NCBI GenBank assembly: GCA_002633005.1 | Contig: NMRA01000049.1 | Coordinates: 131,878 to 195,877 of the forward strand | Length of the DNA: 64,000 bases | Reading direction: 5' to 3' | Source: Phoronis australis | Lineage: Eukaryota > Animalia > Phoronida | Shown here: positions 11,758 through 26,000 of the stretch, one piece after another | Layout: each line of letters begins with the position of its first letter | How positions within the stretch are numbered: position 1 is the first letter of the stretch | Program-made: the position numbers and the translations under genes | Notes under the pieces: model-generated | What the model was told of the DNA's origin: nothing | The model's database searches: none | What the model saw: the letters and a program-made list of their open reading frames with translations, nothing else

Positions 11758-14193
11758 ATATCTTGTAAGCTCGCTAAATGTCGCAAGTCTAAACAGTTAT
11801 TGAGGGACTGGGACGCGTGCGTCCAGGAATTGTTTCAATTTTTGTATTCCCAGACGGAATTGTTTCCGACAAATTTTTGATATTTTTGCATGGGTCTGTT
11901 TTAACTTGTGTACTTTACAAACTGAAAATTCTTATAAATTTTGAAATACAACTTTACTGGTTATTCAACACTTTCACAGATAATCTTAATCGGCGTGGGT
12001 ACCCTGCTTGGCATAACAAAAAGCCGAAACACACGGCAACAAGACTTTGCCGCAATGATGCAAAAAAAGTTCATATGGAATAAGTCGGTTATCCTACGTA
12101 TGGTAAGGTGGGGCAAGACGCCCAGGGAGGGTAAAATGCCTACTAAAATTAAAGTAAAACGAAGCCCCATCTCACGGCGTCCTTTTGGGTGAACATCCAG
12201 TGACACCTAGCGTACCTCTGGACGAGACACCGAAGCACACGATCAAACGGTAAGTGGGCAAGAAGGTCTGCCTCAGAGAAACAAAAAGTGCGAAGAAGTA
12301 GAAAACGAGACAAAGCTTTACTAAAAAGGATTTACTATCACAATTCATAGCTCTGAACGTATCCCGTTTTTTTCCCTTTTTAAGTAAAAGGTCCACAGTC
12401 TCAGAAAATCGAGCCCCCCAAATTATAGGCTGGGTGAGCGCATGCAACATAGCTGCAAACCAGTGTTTCATAAAACCGAAAATTTTGTGTTTCCTCGGTC
12501 GCTCAGCGCTACCTGATGACTCATCGCGCGCTTTTGTCCCGGCCACCGGGTGGAGAGACCGTCTCGCCCACGGCGCGTTGGTGTTGGCATACTAAGGAAG
12601 GTGCACTGTGTCCCGCAAAGTATTTCAAGCGCTCGAACGGGAGTTGGCATTCCCGAAGTTTCAATTACAATCCATAAACACGCTACTCTCTGTTTCAGAA
12701 ATTGATTGGTTAACTTCAAGGATGTGCTATGCCCCATGGTCAGCTGGAGATCATCCATGCGACACATCAAACAACTGTAAACTATCCAACGGAAACAATA
12801 TCGCTTGAGTGACGGACACCTATGCAGCAATAAAAACACTGAAATTTGTACTTAATTTTGGACAATTGTCAAAACTAAAGGGAAGTAAAGCAAGCCTGCT
12901 GTGATGTTTTCAGCAGTTATAAACACAGAATGAGTTTCCGTCAATCCCGAAAGACATCACCAAAATAGGAACATTTCAAACATCACATTCCAGACGACCT
13001 TAATATGTTGTATGGCGTTTTTACGCGAAGTGTAAACGGAAACTTACGATCTCTCATGAGTTCTGGCAAAAGTCTCTGTTGAACCATCGGTGTAAAAACG
13101 CCGTAGGAAGTTAAGGAATTTTAGTGAAACATGAAGACTTTTGTAAGTACACACATTTTTTTAGGTCACCGACACCCAAAAACGAATGTGACTCCTTAAT
13201 TCGGAAATTGCAAGTGAAACTTGCTGGTGAATTAACAAAAATAAATTATCAGTATTGAAGGCACCGGAAGGAAGAAATCGGTACAGGCATCACTGATGTT
13301 GTGTTCAACTTAGGCTCGAATGGACGTGCTATATTTAAATGTAAGTTTCGTTACAAGAAGACCACAATTAGACCGTGACTGACATCGAACCATTCGCTTT
13401 CTATGTATGACGTCATTTTGAAATTTTGGACCCAGTCAAGTAAAATCAAATTGACAAATATGAAAACAATATTAGTAATCTGGCCGGACTTACCGTATTA
13501 AATTATTAAGCACTTCGAAAATTAGTACCTGGACATGGATCCGGTCAGTCATAATCATTTCCAAACTTCCCGAGAGCATACAAAGAATACAACCGTTGTC
13601 GGAGCACGCCCATTAATCCTCCAAACACATACCTTTATAAAAATTCCAATTGCTAAATTGTCCCCATGGACATCTCAACCAGATAAAAATCCAAGACATG
13701 CAAAATTTTGGAACTTGTGGTGTGACTGGAGATATTTACTCACATGTTTGGGTTCAAATGGCGTCACGATAGCGACAGATACGTCATCACTAAACATTCG
13801 AATTTCCTGCCATTTGCCGAGGTGAAAACAAACTTAGCTTCGACGTGAAAATGGCGCTTGCCGAGCTATAGTTTAGCCTGTTCGATTGTTCTAGCGTTCG
13901 CTTGTCCACTACATAATATGTCTTTTAAAGGCGAAGGCAACCTTTTTTCATGTCATTTTGAGCTAAAATAAGGTTGGTTGGTTATCCTAGACATATTTTC
14001 CACTTAATTACAGCTTTTCGTAATTTTGTTAATTACTCGTCCGCTACTCCGGAAGTGACGTTTTAGGAGGCAAGCATTTCGCGCTAATTTCTTTTCATAT
14101 AATGTGACTGTGAGAGATGCCGAGTCAGTCATTGTTCTACCTCGGTTGTGTTAAGTTACGTCGTCGTTTGCTTTGAATTACTAGTCAGTCAAC

Positions 14194-14985
14194 ATGCCAC
14201 GCTGTTGCTGCGTACCGGGATGTACTAATTATCGTCTCACGCGCGCTTTGGGAGTACCTTAGCATCGCTTTCCGATGGATGACACACTTCGCCGTAGTTG
14301 GCTCGTTCGCGTGAAGAACGCAGCGTTACCCGTCCACGCAACGTACAGAGCAGTCGAGAATTACCGTGTGTGTGGCATGCACTTTCTGCCGTCCGATTAC
14401 GAAAGGGATTTGTATGCTGAACTGATGAAGGTCCCTGCGAAACAACGCCTGAAGAAGGATGCCATTCCGTCTGTGTTGATTCCGGCAGTGCCCCGTCGCC
14501 ACCCCCGAGAAGTGCGTTTTTGAAGAGAGAAGCCTCGCGAGCTGTGGCCAGTACAGTGACTGGAGCCAGTGGAGGCACTTCATCCACTGTCACCCGTGCT
14601 TCCGAACGTACCCCAGAGCGTGCCATTCCTGGAACCAGTAGTGATTCACCCTGTTCTGTTTTCTCCAGCCCAGAGCCTCTAAGCAGCCCTGCAGCAATAT
14701 TGAGTAGTGGGAGTGATTACAGGCACAGTTGGACACCCAGTGAAGAGGACAGTTCGTCGTCCACTGAACAGATCGGTGAGCCAAACTTTGATCAGTTTAT
14801 TGTGGACTTGTCTAAAGTGTTGGAGCTATTTAGAAGGTGCCAAGTGTGTGACGATGGAGTCACACGACACGATGTAAGCAGTTTGGGTGCTCGGGTCACC
14901 ATCCAGTGGAAGTGTGTCGCAGGACACTCTGGCAAGTGGGACAGTTGTTCCTCTGTCCGTGGTATGCCGGAGGTCCACTTAACCG
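14194..14985 (+). pseudogene. THAP zinc finger plus Kolobok transposase N-terminal region, disrupted
   Basis: MPRCCCVPGC...*HRFP...W...RVCGMHF...LKKDAIPSV is a C2CH THAP signature; in-frame TAG at 14260-14262; frameshift near 14520; then FIVDLSKVLELFRRCQVC...C..GH..W zinc-binding motif; the DDE core is absent. Confidence 0.85.
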
Positions 14986-15211
14986 TGTCCAGTAGTGGCT
15001 TGGCTTCGTCGAACTCTGAACAGCACAAGCATTCCATTGAGGTAGGCATAACAACGCACACAGTGCATTTGCACCAAGATGTGTCACCACGTCTGTCCTC
15101 AGTAGCCGCCTCGTTTCTCTCAACAGCTGCCTGTGCCTGTGCGTACTCTGCCTCGTTATACTCGGGCTCAAACATGTACCCACCCACTGAATGTCCGTGA
15201 AAAAATTCCTC
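14980..15211 (-). pseudogene. P2X7 cytoplasmic-ballast / nanor-like Cys-rich protein, N-terminal part
   Basis: GYMFEPEY...WCKCTVCVVMPTSMECLCCSE matches the WCxCxxCxxMxxxxECxCC motif of the P2X7 C-terminal zinc-cluster domain; the frame stays open into the gap; truncated after ...PLLDTVK. Confidence 0.85.
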
Positions 15212-16945
15212 NNNNNNNNNNNNNNNNNNNNNNNNNNNNNNNNNNNNNNNNNNNNNNNNNNNNNNNNNNNNNNNNNNNNNNNNNNNNNNNNNNNNNNNNN
15301 NNNNNNNNNNNNNNNNNNNNNNNNNNNNNNNNNNNNNNNNNNNNNNNNNNNNNNNNNNNNNNNNNNNNNNNNNNNNNNNNNNNNNNNNNNNNNNNNNNNN
15401 NNNNNNNNNNNNNNNNNNNNNNNNNNNNNNNNNNNNNNNNNNNNNNNNNNNNNNNNNNNNNNNNTTTGAAGAAGAATGCTTACCGATAACATTTCAAAAT
15501 TCAAAAACTCCACCGGCGTTAATGCATGCTTGGCTATTCGGAAAAAATTATTTTTTCCAGGTTTTGGTAGACTGGCTTTATTAAACAGATTGATTTTCAT
15601 TTGATCAACATATTTAGTATCATACAATACAGATAATTGTATAGTCGAAATACACACATAAATAAAACAATCGGTTAAATAAACTTACACTGGTCAACTT
15701 GATTACGCAATCTCACAACATACAGCATCACGTTAAAAGTTCGTACTAATTGCTATGGTTACTCATAGTATGGCAAAGAACGATCATAGCAATTTTCATT
15801 TTCACTTAGAAGGAAATGATCCCTTGAATCATATATTTAGCCAAGTATCTGCAAAATTAGAGATTTTTACTCAGTAAAAGTTTATATTACCTGAAAATAG
15901 CAAGCCTGACTATTTACCAATCTGCCATTAATTGGACCACGTGACCCTATCTGTTCAGTAAAATCAAGCTAGTACAGAAAAAGATACACTCCTAGCAAAA
16001 CGACAGTAGCAATTACATAACCAAATTTCGTTTGATATAAAATTAATGTTTATGATGAAATCTCAGAAACGTTCTCACAGTATTCTAAATTATCATTTTG
16101 TTTTCGTTTCATGCAACTTTAAGTTTTCCATAAAATCAAGAATGCCCCATTTTGATAAATAGTCATGCAAAAATAGAACATTTTAAAAACAATATCAGCG
16201 TTCTTGAGAATAGCAAATGATATACAAAAGCACAGTATCTGCAAGTTTTATATGAAACCGACTTGTCATTTCTTAGATGTGATGTTTCGAAGTTATCCAT
16301 TTTTAGGAGGCCTACATAACCTTAAATGAAATGTTGAACCTGGTGCTGCGATGAAATATGACAATAATGCAGAGTTAAACGTCAGGTTTTAAAAGTAATT
16401 TTCCGACCGCCAGCTCCCTCATTCTCGGTAATAAATAAAGCATCGGTTTTATTCTTATTTATATGACAGGTCTGCAGTCCTCAAACTATCAGGATATCCG
16501 AAGAACATTGCTCACACACTTGTATGAAATTATAAACTCTATTCGATGACTCGTGAACTCAGCCCACACTCACAAGGCACGGCTTACACACCGAAAAATT
16601 ACGGCTCTCATTTGTTTACACATCAACCATTGACGTCCTGCCGTTAGTACATTTGTCATGTTCAAACTTTCTAACTTGTCTCGACAAATTGAAACACGTG
16701 TTCTGAAATGAACAATAAATGAAATTTCACAATTATTCGATCATAAAACACAATCTCAGTAATTGGTTTATCGCAAGCCGTCCGACATTTGCGAGTAAAA
16801 TTTATTTAATGGCGCAGGTGAACAAACATTTCTTGAGTTAACTCTTTACGCAAGCTACATTAAAAACGTTGCTAGAGTTGTTTCGGGTGTATACGAATAT
16901 TTACGACATAATACCGTTGCCCCAGGTACCCAGAAATGCTATACC

Positions 16946-16953
16946 TATAAAAG
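16946..16953 (+). promoter_or_regulatory. TATA box of the secreted protein gene
   Basis: TATAAAAG 60 bp upstream of the ATG at 17006. Confidence 0.6.
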
Positions 16954-17005
16954 CAAAAAGCAACAATGCTCTGTTGTCAGATAAACGTACGACACTCAGC
17001 GAAAC

Positions 17006-20000
17006 ATGAAAACAGCACTGTCTGCATTACTTTTAGGCCTGTTCTGTGCTAGTCGAGTCAGCTCGTTAAGATTCATACCAGGCAAGCAGGGACCGATCGG
17101 GGTTCCGTCTAATCGCGGTAAATTTCCACCAATTGGGTTCCCTTGGCCACGCCTACCAACGCCGCCACCAACAACACGTCGCCCACCACCAACAACAAGT
17201 CCATCAACAACAAGACGTCGCCCACCATCAACAACAAGTCCACCAACAACAACAAGTCCACCATCAACAACAAGTGCACCAACAACAACGAGTCCACCAA
17301 CAACAACGAGTCCACCACCAACAACAAGTCCACCACCAACAACAAGTCCACCAACAACAACAAGTCCACCAACAACAACAAGTCTACCACCAACAACAAG
17401 TCCACCAACAACAACAAGTCCACCAGCAACAACACGTCGTCCACCACGGCCGCTGTCTACAACGCTCCGACCGACGCCATCACCACAGCCAACACATCGT
17501 CAGCATCCATCGTCAACATCGTCGACAACACGCTGGCCACCCATTTTGGGCGAAATCTTCGGGAAATCTATTAGTGGCCCACTAGCATGTAAGTTTTGTT
17601 TCTATTATCATCAAAAGTTTTGTGTTAACTTCTGTTATCCCGAACGTAATGTGATTAAAGTTGCAAAGACATTCCCGTTGGAACGTATTGCAATTTGTGA
17701 GCCACTGGATACCCAAAGTAACCAGTGGTTAAAACGTTTTTGATTTTAGACTTAAAGTCTTTCATCTTCATTTTAAATTATCACTTTTTAAAACGGATTT
17801 TAATCCCAAACAATGCTCATTCAACACAACTTAACTAACTTAATATGAATTTTTAGTTCTTACTTTTATTTTGGGTGGTTTAACACCACCTAATTGACCA
17901 CCGTAGTGAGTGGCAGGTGACTTAGGCACTCACTCATCTGCCCCTGTGTATTATGATGTTTCCTCGTAAACCCCGCACAGTTCTTAAAAAATTATTAGGG
18001 TATGAAGCAAAAACAAACGGACTGAAAATTACGAGACGTTAACATTTTAATTATATCGTGGTCTGGTGAATATCATCCTGTGTCCTAAATTAGAGAATGA
18101 AGGAAAAGTATCGTTAATTTCAGATTTAATTAACATCCACCGTAGCGTCAGTTCAAAATAAATGAGACGTTGTTTACCACGCGTCCAAAATAACCTCCCA
18201 CAAGGACAGGTTGCGACAAAAAAATTAAAAACATCTTGTGCCACGTGAGTTAAAAAAACAACTTTACAGAAAAGTGTTAATGAAAACGTAGGATTTTGCT
18301 GATCGTGTAGTTGTCACATAAAGTGGATGATTTGTCGAAAGTTAATGGAATATGTTTGAACGGCAGCGTGCTTGGGAAGATAGCAATCCTAATACTTTGA
18401 AAATGATGACCCCCACCCGTTTCAAATTCGTGGTAACCGTGTGTTGTTATTCGTTTTTGTCACATCTTTTTGAAATTAGTTGCCTTGTCACGTTCGTTGC
18501 ACCATGCATACCTATTATAGTGAAATTAATTCTCAACTCTTACCAAAGTCGAAGCAGAACTCGTTTTTGTAGTACTAGCATATGCGCACAGTTATGCACG
18601 TCGTCAAAATCCATAATCATCGCAAATACGTGTATTTTATTTATATTTCACATTTTTAGAACAATTGTGCAGATGCATAATTAGAATAAAAACACCAATT
18701 TACCAACAATGCACTTTGCTACTACTGTTTAGTGATGACATATCTGGCACTAATATGACGCGTTTTGGGAATAAAAATGCACAGTCGCATAACATTCACA
18801 AGTCCTGGGTATTTTTTCATTCACGTTACCACAGGTGCATTTTAGCACTTGAATTCTTTACGAAATTATGTTTAGGTCAGTCAGTGCGCAGTGCCAACAG
18901 TTGCAAACAGCCTGCTCCCGGGTTCTTGTAACGACGTTCGAGCCCCCCGAGCCCCCTCCCCCTGGGTGCACGCATGCAAAGGTAAACCAAGAACAGCACT
19001 TGATGACAAGGGGATAATGATATTCTTCGGGATCGTTAAGTAAATTATCTGCGAAATGATTTAGAACTAAACCGGCCTCCCTCTCTCTCTCCCTCCCTCC
19101 NNNNNNNNNNNNNNNNNNNNNNNNNNNNNNNNNNNNNNNNNNNNNNNNNNNNNNNNNNNNNNNNNNNNNNNNNNNNTGTAAATGTAAATGCATGTGTAAA
19201 TATACTCTTTTTAGGTTGCAAGCGCGCAGGGGAATTTGTCGCAGACTCACTATCACTCTGCCATTATTGGCGCTGTGAAAACAGCCTTCGACACATCGGT
19301 CTCCAGGCTAGGAAACAGAAATGTCCTATGGGAACTTACGTCAATCCCGGTTACATGCGAAACGTTATCAGTCCATGCACCAATCACATTCCTTCGGTGA
19401 AGTTCAAATGCGATCGGAGGGGTGCACCGAACTTCAAGCATTTTTGCCCTTGGGAGCCAGAACCAAAAGGTAATGTATGGGTTTGTGTGAGGATTTTGAA
19501 AATGATTCCAATGGTTATAGACGTTTGATGCCTGTTTTGGTGCATTTAAAATGTTAAATAATTGAAAAATGGTGTACAACCGATATGACTCAAACCTTTC
19601 AATTCCATATCAGGAAAATATTTTGGCGACTTTCCAATGCCTTTGGTGCATTTTTTTGTCATGAACGGCTTTTGTAGAACTGCGCCGTTCCGTCAAGTGT
19701 TTTTATGCGTTTTATACTTTTAAAATAGGAATTTGAAGCACAAGAAATTATACGAAATCCAAAATCAATTGTCAATAAGCAACTGGGTGGAAAATCGTTT
19801 TAGGAGTAGTGTCAATGGTCTACTTCGACGATGTCTTCACATCTGAAGTAGGTTTACCACTGAATAGAGTTCTAAACAAGACTACAGTTCATTCTCAGTC
19901 GATCAAAGTAACTTGGTTACTATATTCGGGTGCATCCCGTACATTACCTTCGACCAATTCATATCTTTGTTTTGCTTTCATCATTTCCCTTCTCGTGATA

Positions 20001-23000
20001 CCCAAGTTGTACTCATATTTTATCCCCGTCTGGTTCACCTGCATCGTCGCGTGTCCTTATGAAAAGAATAAATGACCAAATTTGTAGGAGCACGAACGTC
20101 AGTAAGAGGCGATCAAGCTCGTCGTGGTTGTGTCACCGCAGTAATATTTCGCAGAGAAAAGATAGCCGAAAATCAAATCCTTGTTATCTAACAATTTCGG
20201 TTCAAAATGTCGATAAAAGTGCTTCGTAGTGTCTAAATATTAATAATAAATTTCATTGAGCTGGCTATGGAAGAATTTGAATTACGCTTTTTTGTCTCAT
20301 AAAATCGCTTTCGTAGCATTCCTCAGTGTGATAGGATTCCCTTTCCGATGACGACAGCAAACGTGGAGACCATCAGCTTCAGAGTTTATGGGAGCTAGCC
20401 AACCATAAAATTTTGGATTGAAGTATGGGCATGCATGTAATGCCTATGACTTGAGTGGCCTGCTCATTCGGTAATAATTCAAGATCGGATGAGATTGGAA
20501 ATACTTCTAAACACAAACCGCTTCATTTAAAGATACATAGTCTCATTAAATCTTGAATGTGCAAATGAAGTTCTAATTTACAAACAACCCCGGGTCCTCC
20601 AGTGTAAGAAACCATCCGAGAGCCAGTTACCATTACAATCTCACGAAAGACTCGTTCTGCGAGACTATGTAAATTAAATGAGTATGGTAATATTTCATCA
20701 AGGCCCTAATGAAATAAGGCACAGTTTTTTATTATTTGTTCATTTTTTATCAAATAACGGTTGTGTAATATTTGGAAATACTAGTTTTTTATGTTCAAAC
20801 TTGTTTTTAAGTGTAACAGGTAGTGTTTTATTTAAAACCGCAATTTATTTACAAAGTATGTCTTTTCCTGATTATACTTATTCACATAGTTCTCCAGTAA
20901 GTAGGTGGCACTTGCTACAAATTTAAATATTCACGGTTTTAATGATGACACATAGCATCTTTAAGCATTCGATATTTACAGCTTGACAGAAGCATAGAAC
21001 AGCCTAAATTGTGCTCAAAGTGATTCTCTGTTGTTAGTAAAACAATGGCATTTATGGATTTAGGAAATGCTTACTGGTTTTTGTGCTCATCGATATGATT
21101 AGGGGCGGAGAATCTGAAAACTGTAGTGGAATGAAAGACTAATATTTCGTCTGAGTTTCAAAATTAATGAATCTATCTATTTCTATATCCCCTGGCGCGA
21201 GCAGCGTAAAAATGTACCGTTGCCGATTTGGGCAACTGAACGAAGGACTGTTCGAAAAAAAGTTCGGTGGCGGGAGTGTTTGTTCGAGTTGAGAAGAGTT
21301 AAAGAAGAAATCAATGGCCTCCTCTAAGGCGTCCCTCTATGCGAAAAGGTACTTACAGCAACACTACTTGGTTCAATCAATGTGAGGCATAATTCGCCGA
21401 AAAGTTTCCGGCGTATGGAGTGCCTATGGAATGACCACCGTCGCTTACTCGGGAGCCACCTGTTCATCCCAAGTAAATCCACCACGCTTGTTTAAAGGTA
21501 TTCTTTTACGAGTTTTCGCGTTCCAGGCCCCTCATTGAATGCGTGTTACATTGTAGAGCCGGCTTGCTACAGTTGCAGTGTTCAACTGACGGGATACAGC
21601 GATACGTTCTCTCGAGGAGGGTTTCCCCAGTGCGCGCTCAAAGACTGGAAAAATGACGAGAAACATCTGGACAAGCAATATTGCGAGGGTGGGAAGTGCT
21701 TCGAGAGACTGTCGTACACAACCGATAAGAACGGTAAAAGTAAGTATATCGGAATTTTATATATTCTTTCAATTCTTGCTGAAATTTCACGATATTCAGG
21801 TTCAAGACGCATTGCGGATTATGAGAAATCAGGTCCTTTCACCACAAAACAATTTTCCAAAGACGTAAGTGTATAAGAATAGAATTCCAATCAACTTGCA
21901 TGAAATAGTCCCAAAATGGGACTCGACCAAGTTCCCCTAATCTACTGCGTGTTTGTGGATGCCCTTCCATATGCAACGAACGACCTAATTTAAAAGGATA
22001 CCAAACCCGGTTTTGGCCTAAAACAACTTTCCCATTCCTTTCTCTGAAACAAATTAATGCTATGTAATCCTCAGCAATTCCCAAAAATTTTAAGGAAATT
22101 TTGAAAACTCTTTTCGAAGTCTGATAAACCTCCGGGCTTTAGCGTGACCTATGCTTTTAGCGAATTACACGGCAACTGTGGGAAAAGAACACCAACCAAG
22201 GACCATAATGTCCAATCTGTGACATAGGATGTATGAGTTTCTAGTTGATTCCTGTCTTTAACTTGCTAGATTGACGCCGATGATGCGTTAAAAAATGGCA
22301 GAACGAGGACTGGTTGAAATCATCCTAACAGGCTTTATAAGTAATTTTAAGGACTAAATCCCTGTTTTATTTTCATTGAACGAAGGGCTCCGTTTTAGTG
22401 AAATTTTTAGAAAACATAATTACTCGAACAGGAGTTGATAATGAAGATAAAATGATAGAGAAATATTATGTTTGTGAGTAAATATAGACACAAATACGCA
22501 AACTTAGTTGAATCTCGATTTGGGTCTGTTCAAAGACGCCAGTGGCCGGTTACATGAAACAGTCCCCAATAAGAACTCAACTAAGGACTTTAAGTCTTTT
22601 TGCGTATTTGTGTCTGTATGGATTCACAGATGAAATATTTTTCTAACATTTCATCTCCATTAGGAACTCCTCTTTGATAACTGACATTTTATAATAATAT
22701 AAATAAAAACTGAGCCCAGAGTTCATCGAAAATAAATAGGGACTTAATCCTTAAATTGCGTGAAAAGATCCCTACTTATTTTCGATAATATTGACAATTT
22801 AACGTAGTGTTCACTCTCGATCTGTATCGAAGTCAAAAGCTAACTTAGTAATGAAACTAAAACAATATAAGAAAGGACAATCGATGTTTTCACAAGCCCA
22901 CTAATACGCAGAAGATTTAGGGAACTTAGTTTTGTCCCTATTTGGGAGTGTTTCATGCAACCGGGCACTGGAACGCGATAAATAGCATAAACTGCAATAT

Positions 23001-26000
23001 TGAATGTGGTTCTCTGCCACTGAAACAGAATTCAACCTGCTCATCAGGTATTTTAAGGGTTTGTTCATATAAAATTAATTTCTGTTGATATCACAGTATT
23101 TTCTTTTAGTTTAAAATTTCAAAAATAAACGATTTGTCAGCAGCTCACCACTTCGTCGATAATACTCCCACGAAGCAAAGTACGTCTCCTTATTTGGTAT
23201 GGCAAGACATTGACGTAGCACATTTCCCCTATATGAAAAATGTGACCTTTGACCTCAAGCGACTTCAAGCAAGTGACTGTGAGTGCACGCACGCATGGGA
23301 GGAAGATTAGAAACTCTGTGGTAACCACAGAGTTTTTCCTTCGCTCGTATTTCAAAAATCGTGGGTTTGTGATTTTTTATGGAATTTCCTCACAGAGGAA
23401 AGTGAATTACTCTGTACTAGACTTGTGAGATGGTACTTTGGCCAGGAATTGCTTAAAAGACATTTTTAACGAGCCTTTGCGTTCCATGCCTCTTTAATGC
23501 AATCAGGAACAAGGACCAGTGTCATGAAAGAAACTTAAAGTGGCATAGAACGTAAAAACAGACTAAATTACATTAATCAAAACGATCAGGCATGTATTGA
23601 TTGATGACCTAATGGAAAAATGGGCAGGCCTGTATTGACTGATGACCTATTAAAACCTACATGTCTGTGGTGGCTGATGACCTATTAAAAAATGGACAGG
23701 TCTGTATTGACTAGAGATCTAATAACATGCAGAGGTCTGTATTGACTGATAACTTAATAAAACGGACCTGTACTGACTGACGACTGAATGAAAAAACGGA
23801 CAGCTCTGTATTGATTGATGACCTAATGAATGAACACGTCTGTATACTTTCTGATGATCTAATGAAAACACGGACAGATCTGTATTTACTTATGACCTAA
23901 TAAAAAAACGGATAAGTCTGTATTGACTGATGAGGTCTGTGTTGGCTGATTACCAAATACAAATGGATAGATCTGTATTGACTGATGACTTAATGAAATA
24001 ATGGACAGGTCTGTAGTGACATAATCTAATGGAAAAATGCACGGGTTTGTATTGAGTGATGACTTAATGGAAACACAGACAGGTCTGTATTGAATGATGA
24101 CTTTATTAATGAAATAACGGACAGGTCTGTAATGACTGATAATCTAATGAAAAATACCAGGTCTGTATTGAGTGATGACTTAACGAAAAAACTAACAGGT
24201 CTGTATCCTTCCGAAATATGTAACAGAAAAAATCGACACGCCTAGCTTACATGAAGTCTCCATGTATTTAAAAACACTAACAGTTCTCGGTGTTACGTTC
24301 TACATTTTTTTGCATGTTCTGATTGAAGTAACAGTTGCACCCGTCTTACATCTTAGTCATATGCTTTTCTAATGGTGCGATTTCCATTGTTTCAATATTT
24401 TCCGTGTTTAATTCTTGGTAAAATATATTTAATTTACATTTTTAAATAAACTTGTATTGTATTTCATTTCATTGTAGGTGTACTTTTGTTGTTATTATTC
24501 TTCTAAATGCCGGGTTAATATCTATTTAATTTATTGTTACGCGGTGGTCAGCTATTAGCGGCCCCTGCCTTTGCTGGCCACTCTGTCATATAACAATGTA
24601 TGTTTTTATATTATGTAAAAAATAAAAGTTTCTCTCTGTTTCGTTCTCTCTTTTGAATGACGACCTGTATTAACTGACGATCTAATGAAAAAATGGACAG
24701 GTCTGTATTGGATGATGGCCTAATGAAATGGCGGACAGGTCTGTATTGACTGATGACCTAATAGAAACGGACCGGTCTGTATTGATTAATGACCTAATGA
24801 AGAAAGGAAGCTCTATTGACTGGTGACCTCATGGAAAAAACGAACAGGTCTGTACTGAGTGATGACCAAATGAAATAATAGGCAGATCTGTACTGACTGA
24901 TGACCTAATGAAAAGACGGACAGTTCTGTATTGATTGATGACCAGTGGAAAAAACAGACAGGCCTGTGTTGACTGATGACCCAATGAAAAACGGACAGGT
25001 CTGTGTTCAGTCTTTTTAAAATTGTGAAATGGGATCGTTCAGTGTTAATTCTTAAAAGAAGTAACAATGAACGATACCATATCACAACTGTTGAAAAAGA
25101 TTTACAGCATAATATTCTAGGCATGATTTAAATAACTATCCCAGTAACTAGCAGTTAAGTGCAAATTCTCAGCGACTGCACTTTTGCTCAAGTGAGATTT
25201 ATTTTTCAGAAATAGTTGTGTGGCACACAACACCAAAATTTCACCGCTCTCAAATCTTAGGCTCATTTTTATGAACTACCCTTATCAACAAAAATTATAA
25301 TGATGGGCACTGGTGTAGCTAGAAGTATGCACGTGTAGTTTTTGATTGAACACAATTTAGTACGTGTTGAATAAGCAATTGCGGCGCATTGAATATCTTA
25401 AATTATGCACGTTGAATAAGAGGACAGAAAGGTATATGGATAACCGTTTAAACACTTTTTGTAGCTTCATGGTTCTGTATCTCGCGTTGTGCCTGTACCT
25501 CTAAGATTCTGTTTAGTTTGAAAAAATCGCATGGTGCCAAAAAGCATCTTTTTGAAAGATGTTTGCACTAACGGTATGATGTGGTTAGAGCTAATTAAAG
25601 ATATTAAACCAGTATTCCATCAAGGAAGCAAATTCATGAGTTTTGTGATGAAAGGCAGTTTTATATGTACTTCAAAAGAAATTATTAACCGGAGTGTTTT
25701 TAACTGATAGTAAGACACGGGCATTTTTTAATGTCACACACAATGCCTTCTTTCAGAAGCAGTGTGTTGGTTCTTTTAAAATACAGAGAGTTAGTGCCCC
25801 TGATTTACCGTTATTAACACAATGAACCGAATGAATATCGCTCATTGAATCAACAGGAGATTCATTTTTCTTAATTGTATATATTCCCATTTGAAGTTCA
25901 CCAGTGCCTTGACAAAATTAACCCTGCGTGTGACTTTAATTCATTGCTCATTATTCCAGAAATCACATGGTTATCACGAGGATGTGCCAGCCCGTGGTCA

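Larger units (their letters stand above)
13929..15211 (+). mobile_element. Internally deleted Kolobok (KolobokP-like) DNA transposon
   Basis: Starts TTAA (13925-13928) + AGGCGAAGGCAACC; carries a THAP/transposase N-terminus on plus and a convergent P2X7-ballast-like ORF on minus; the right end is lost in the N gap. Confidence 0.8.

Noticed and set aside
12172-12839. 123-124 aa minus-strand ORFs, possible degenerate THAP
   Set aside because: No complete C2CH signature or other recognisable motif; probably the interior of an unclassified repeat.
14896-15657. ORFs spanning the N gap
   Set aside because: Artefacts of translating through Ns.
17109-17585. Poly-Q/H, N/T-rich and L/V-rich ORFs
   Set aside because: Alternative-frame readings of the 18-bp mucin repeat; only the signal-peptide frame splices in phase.
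17589-17743. Cys-rich C-terminus of the 245-aa ORF (CKFCFYYHQKFCVNFC...)
   Set aside because: Read-through past a GTAAG donor that is conserved in the paralog at 6517; intronic.
23585-25010. CRISPR-like array (unit length ~37 bp)
   Set aside because: The units are contiguous and degenerate with no unique spacers, there are no cas genes, and the context is a eukaryotic intron: a minisatellite.
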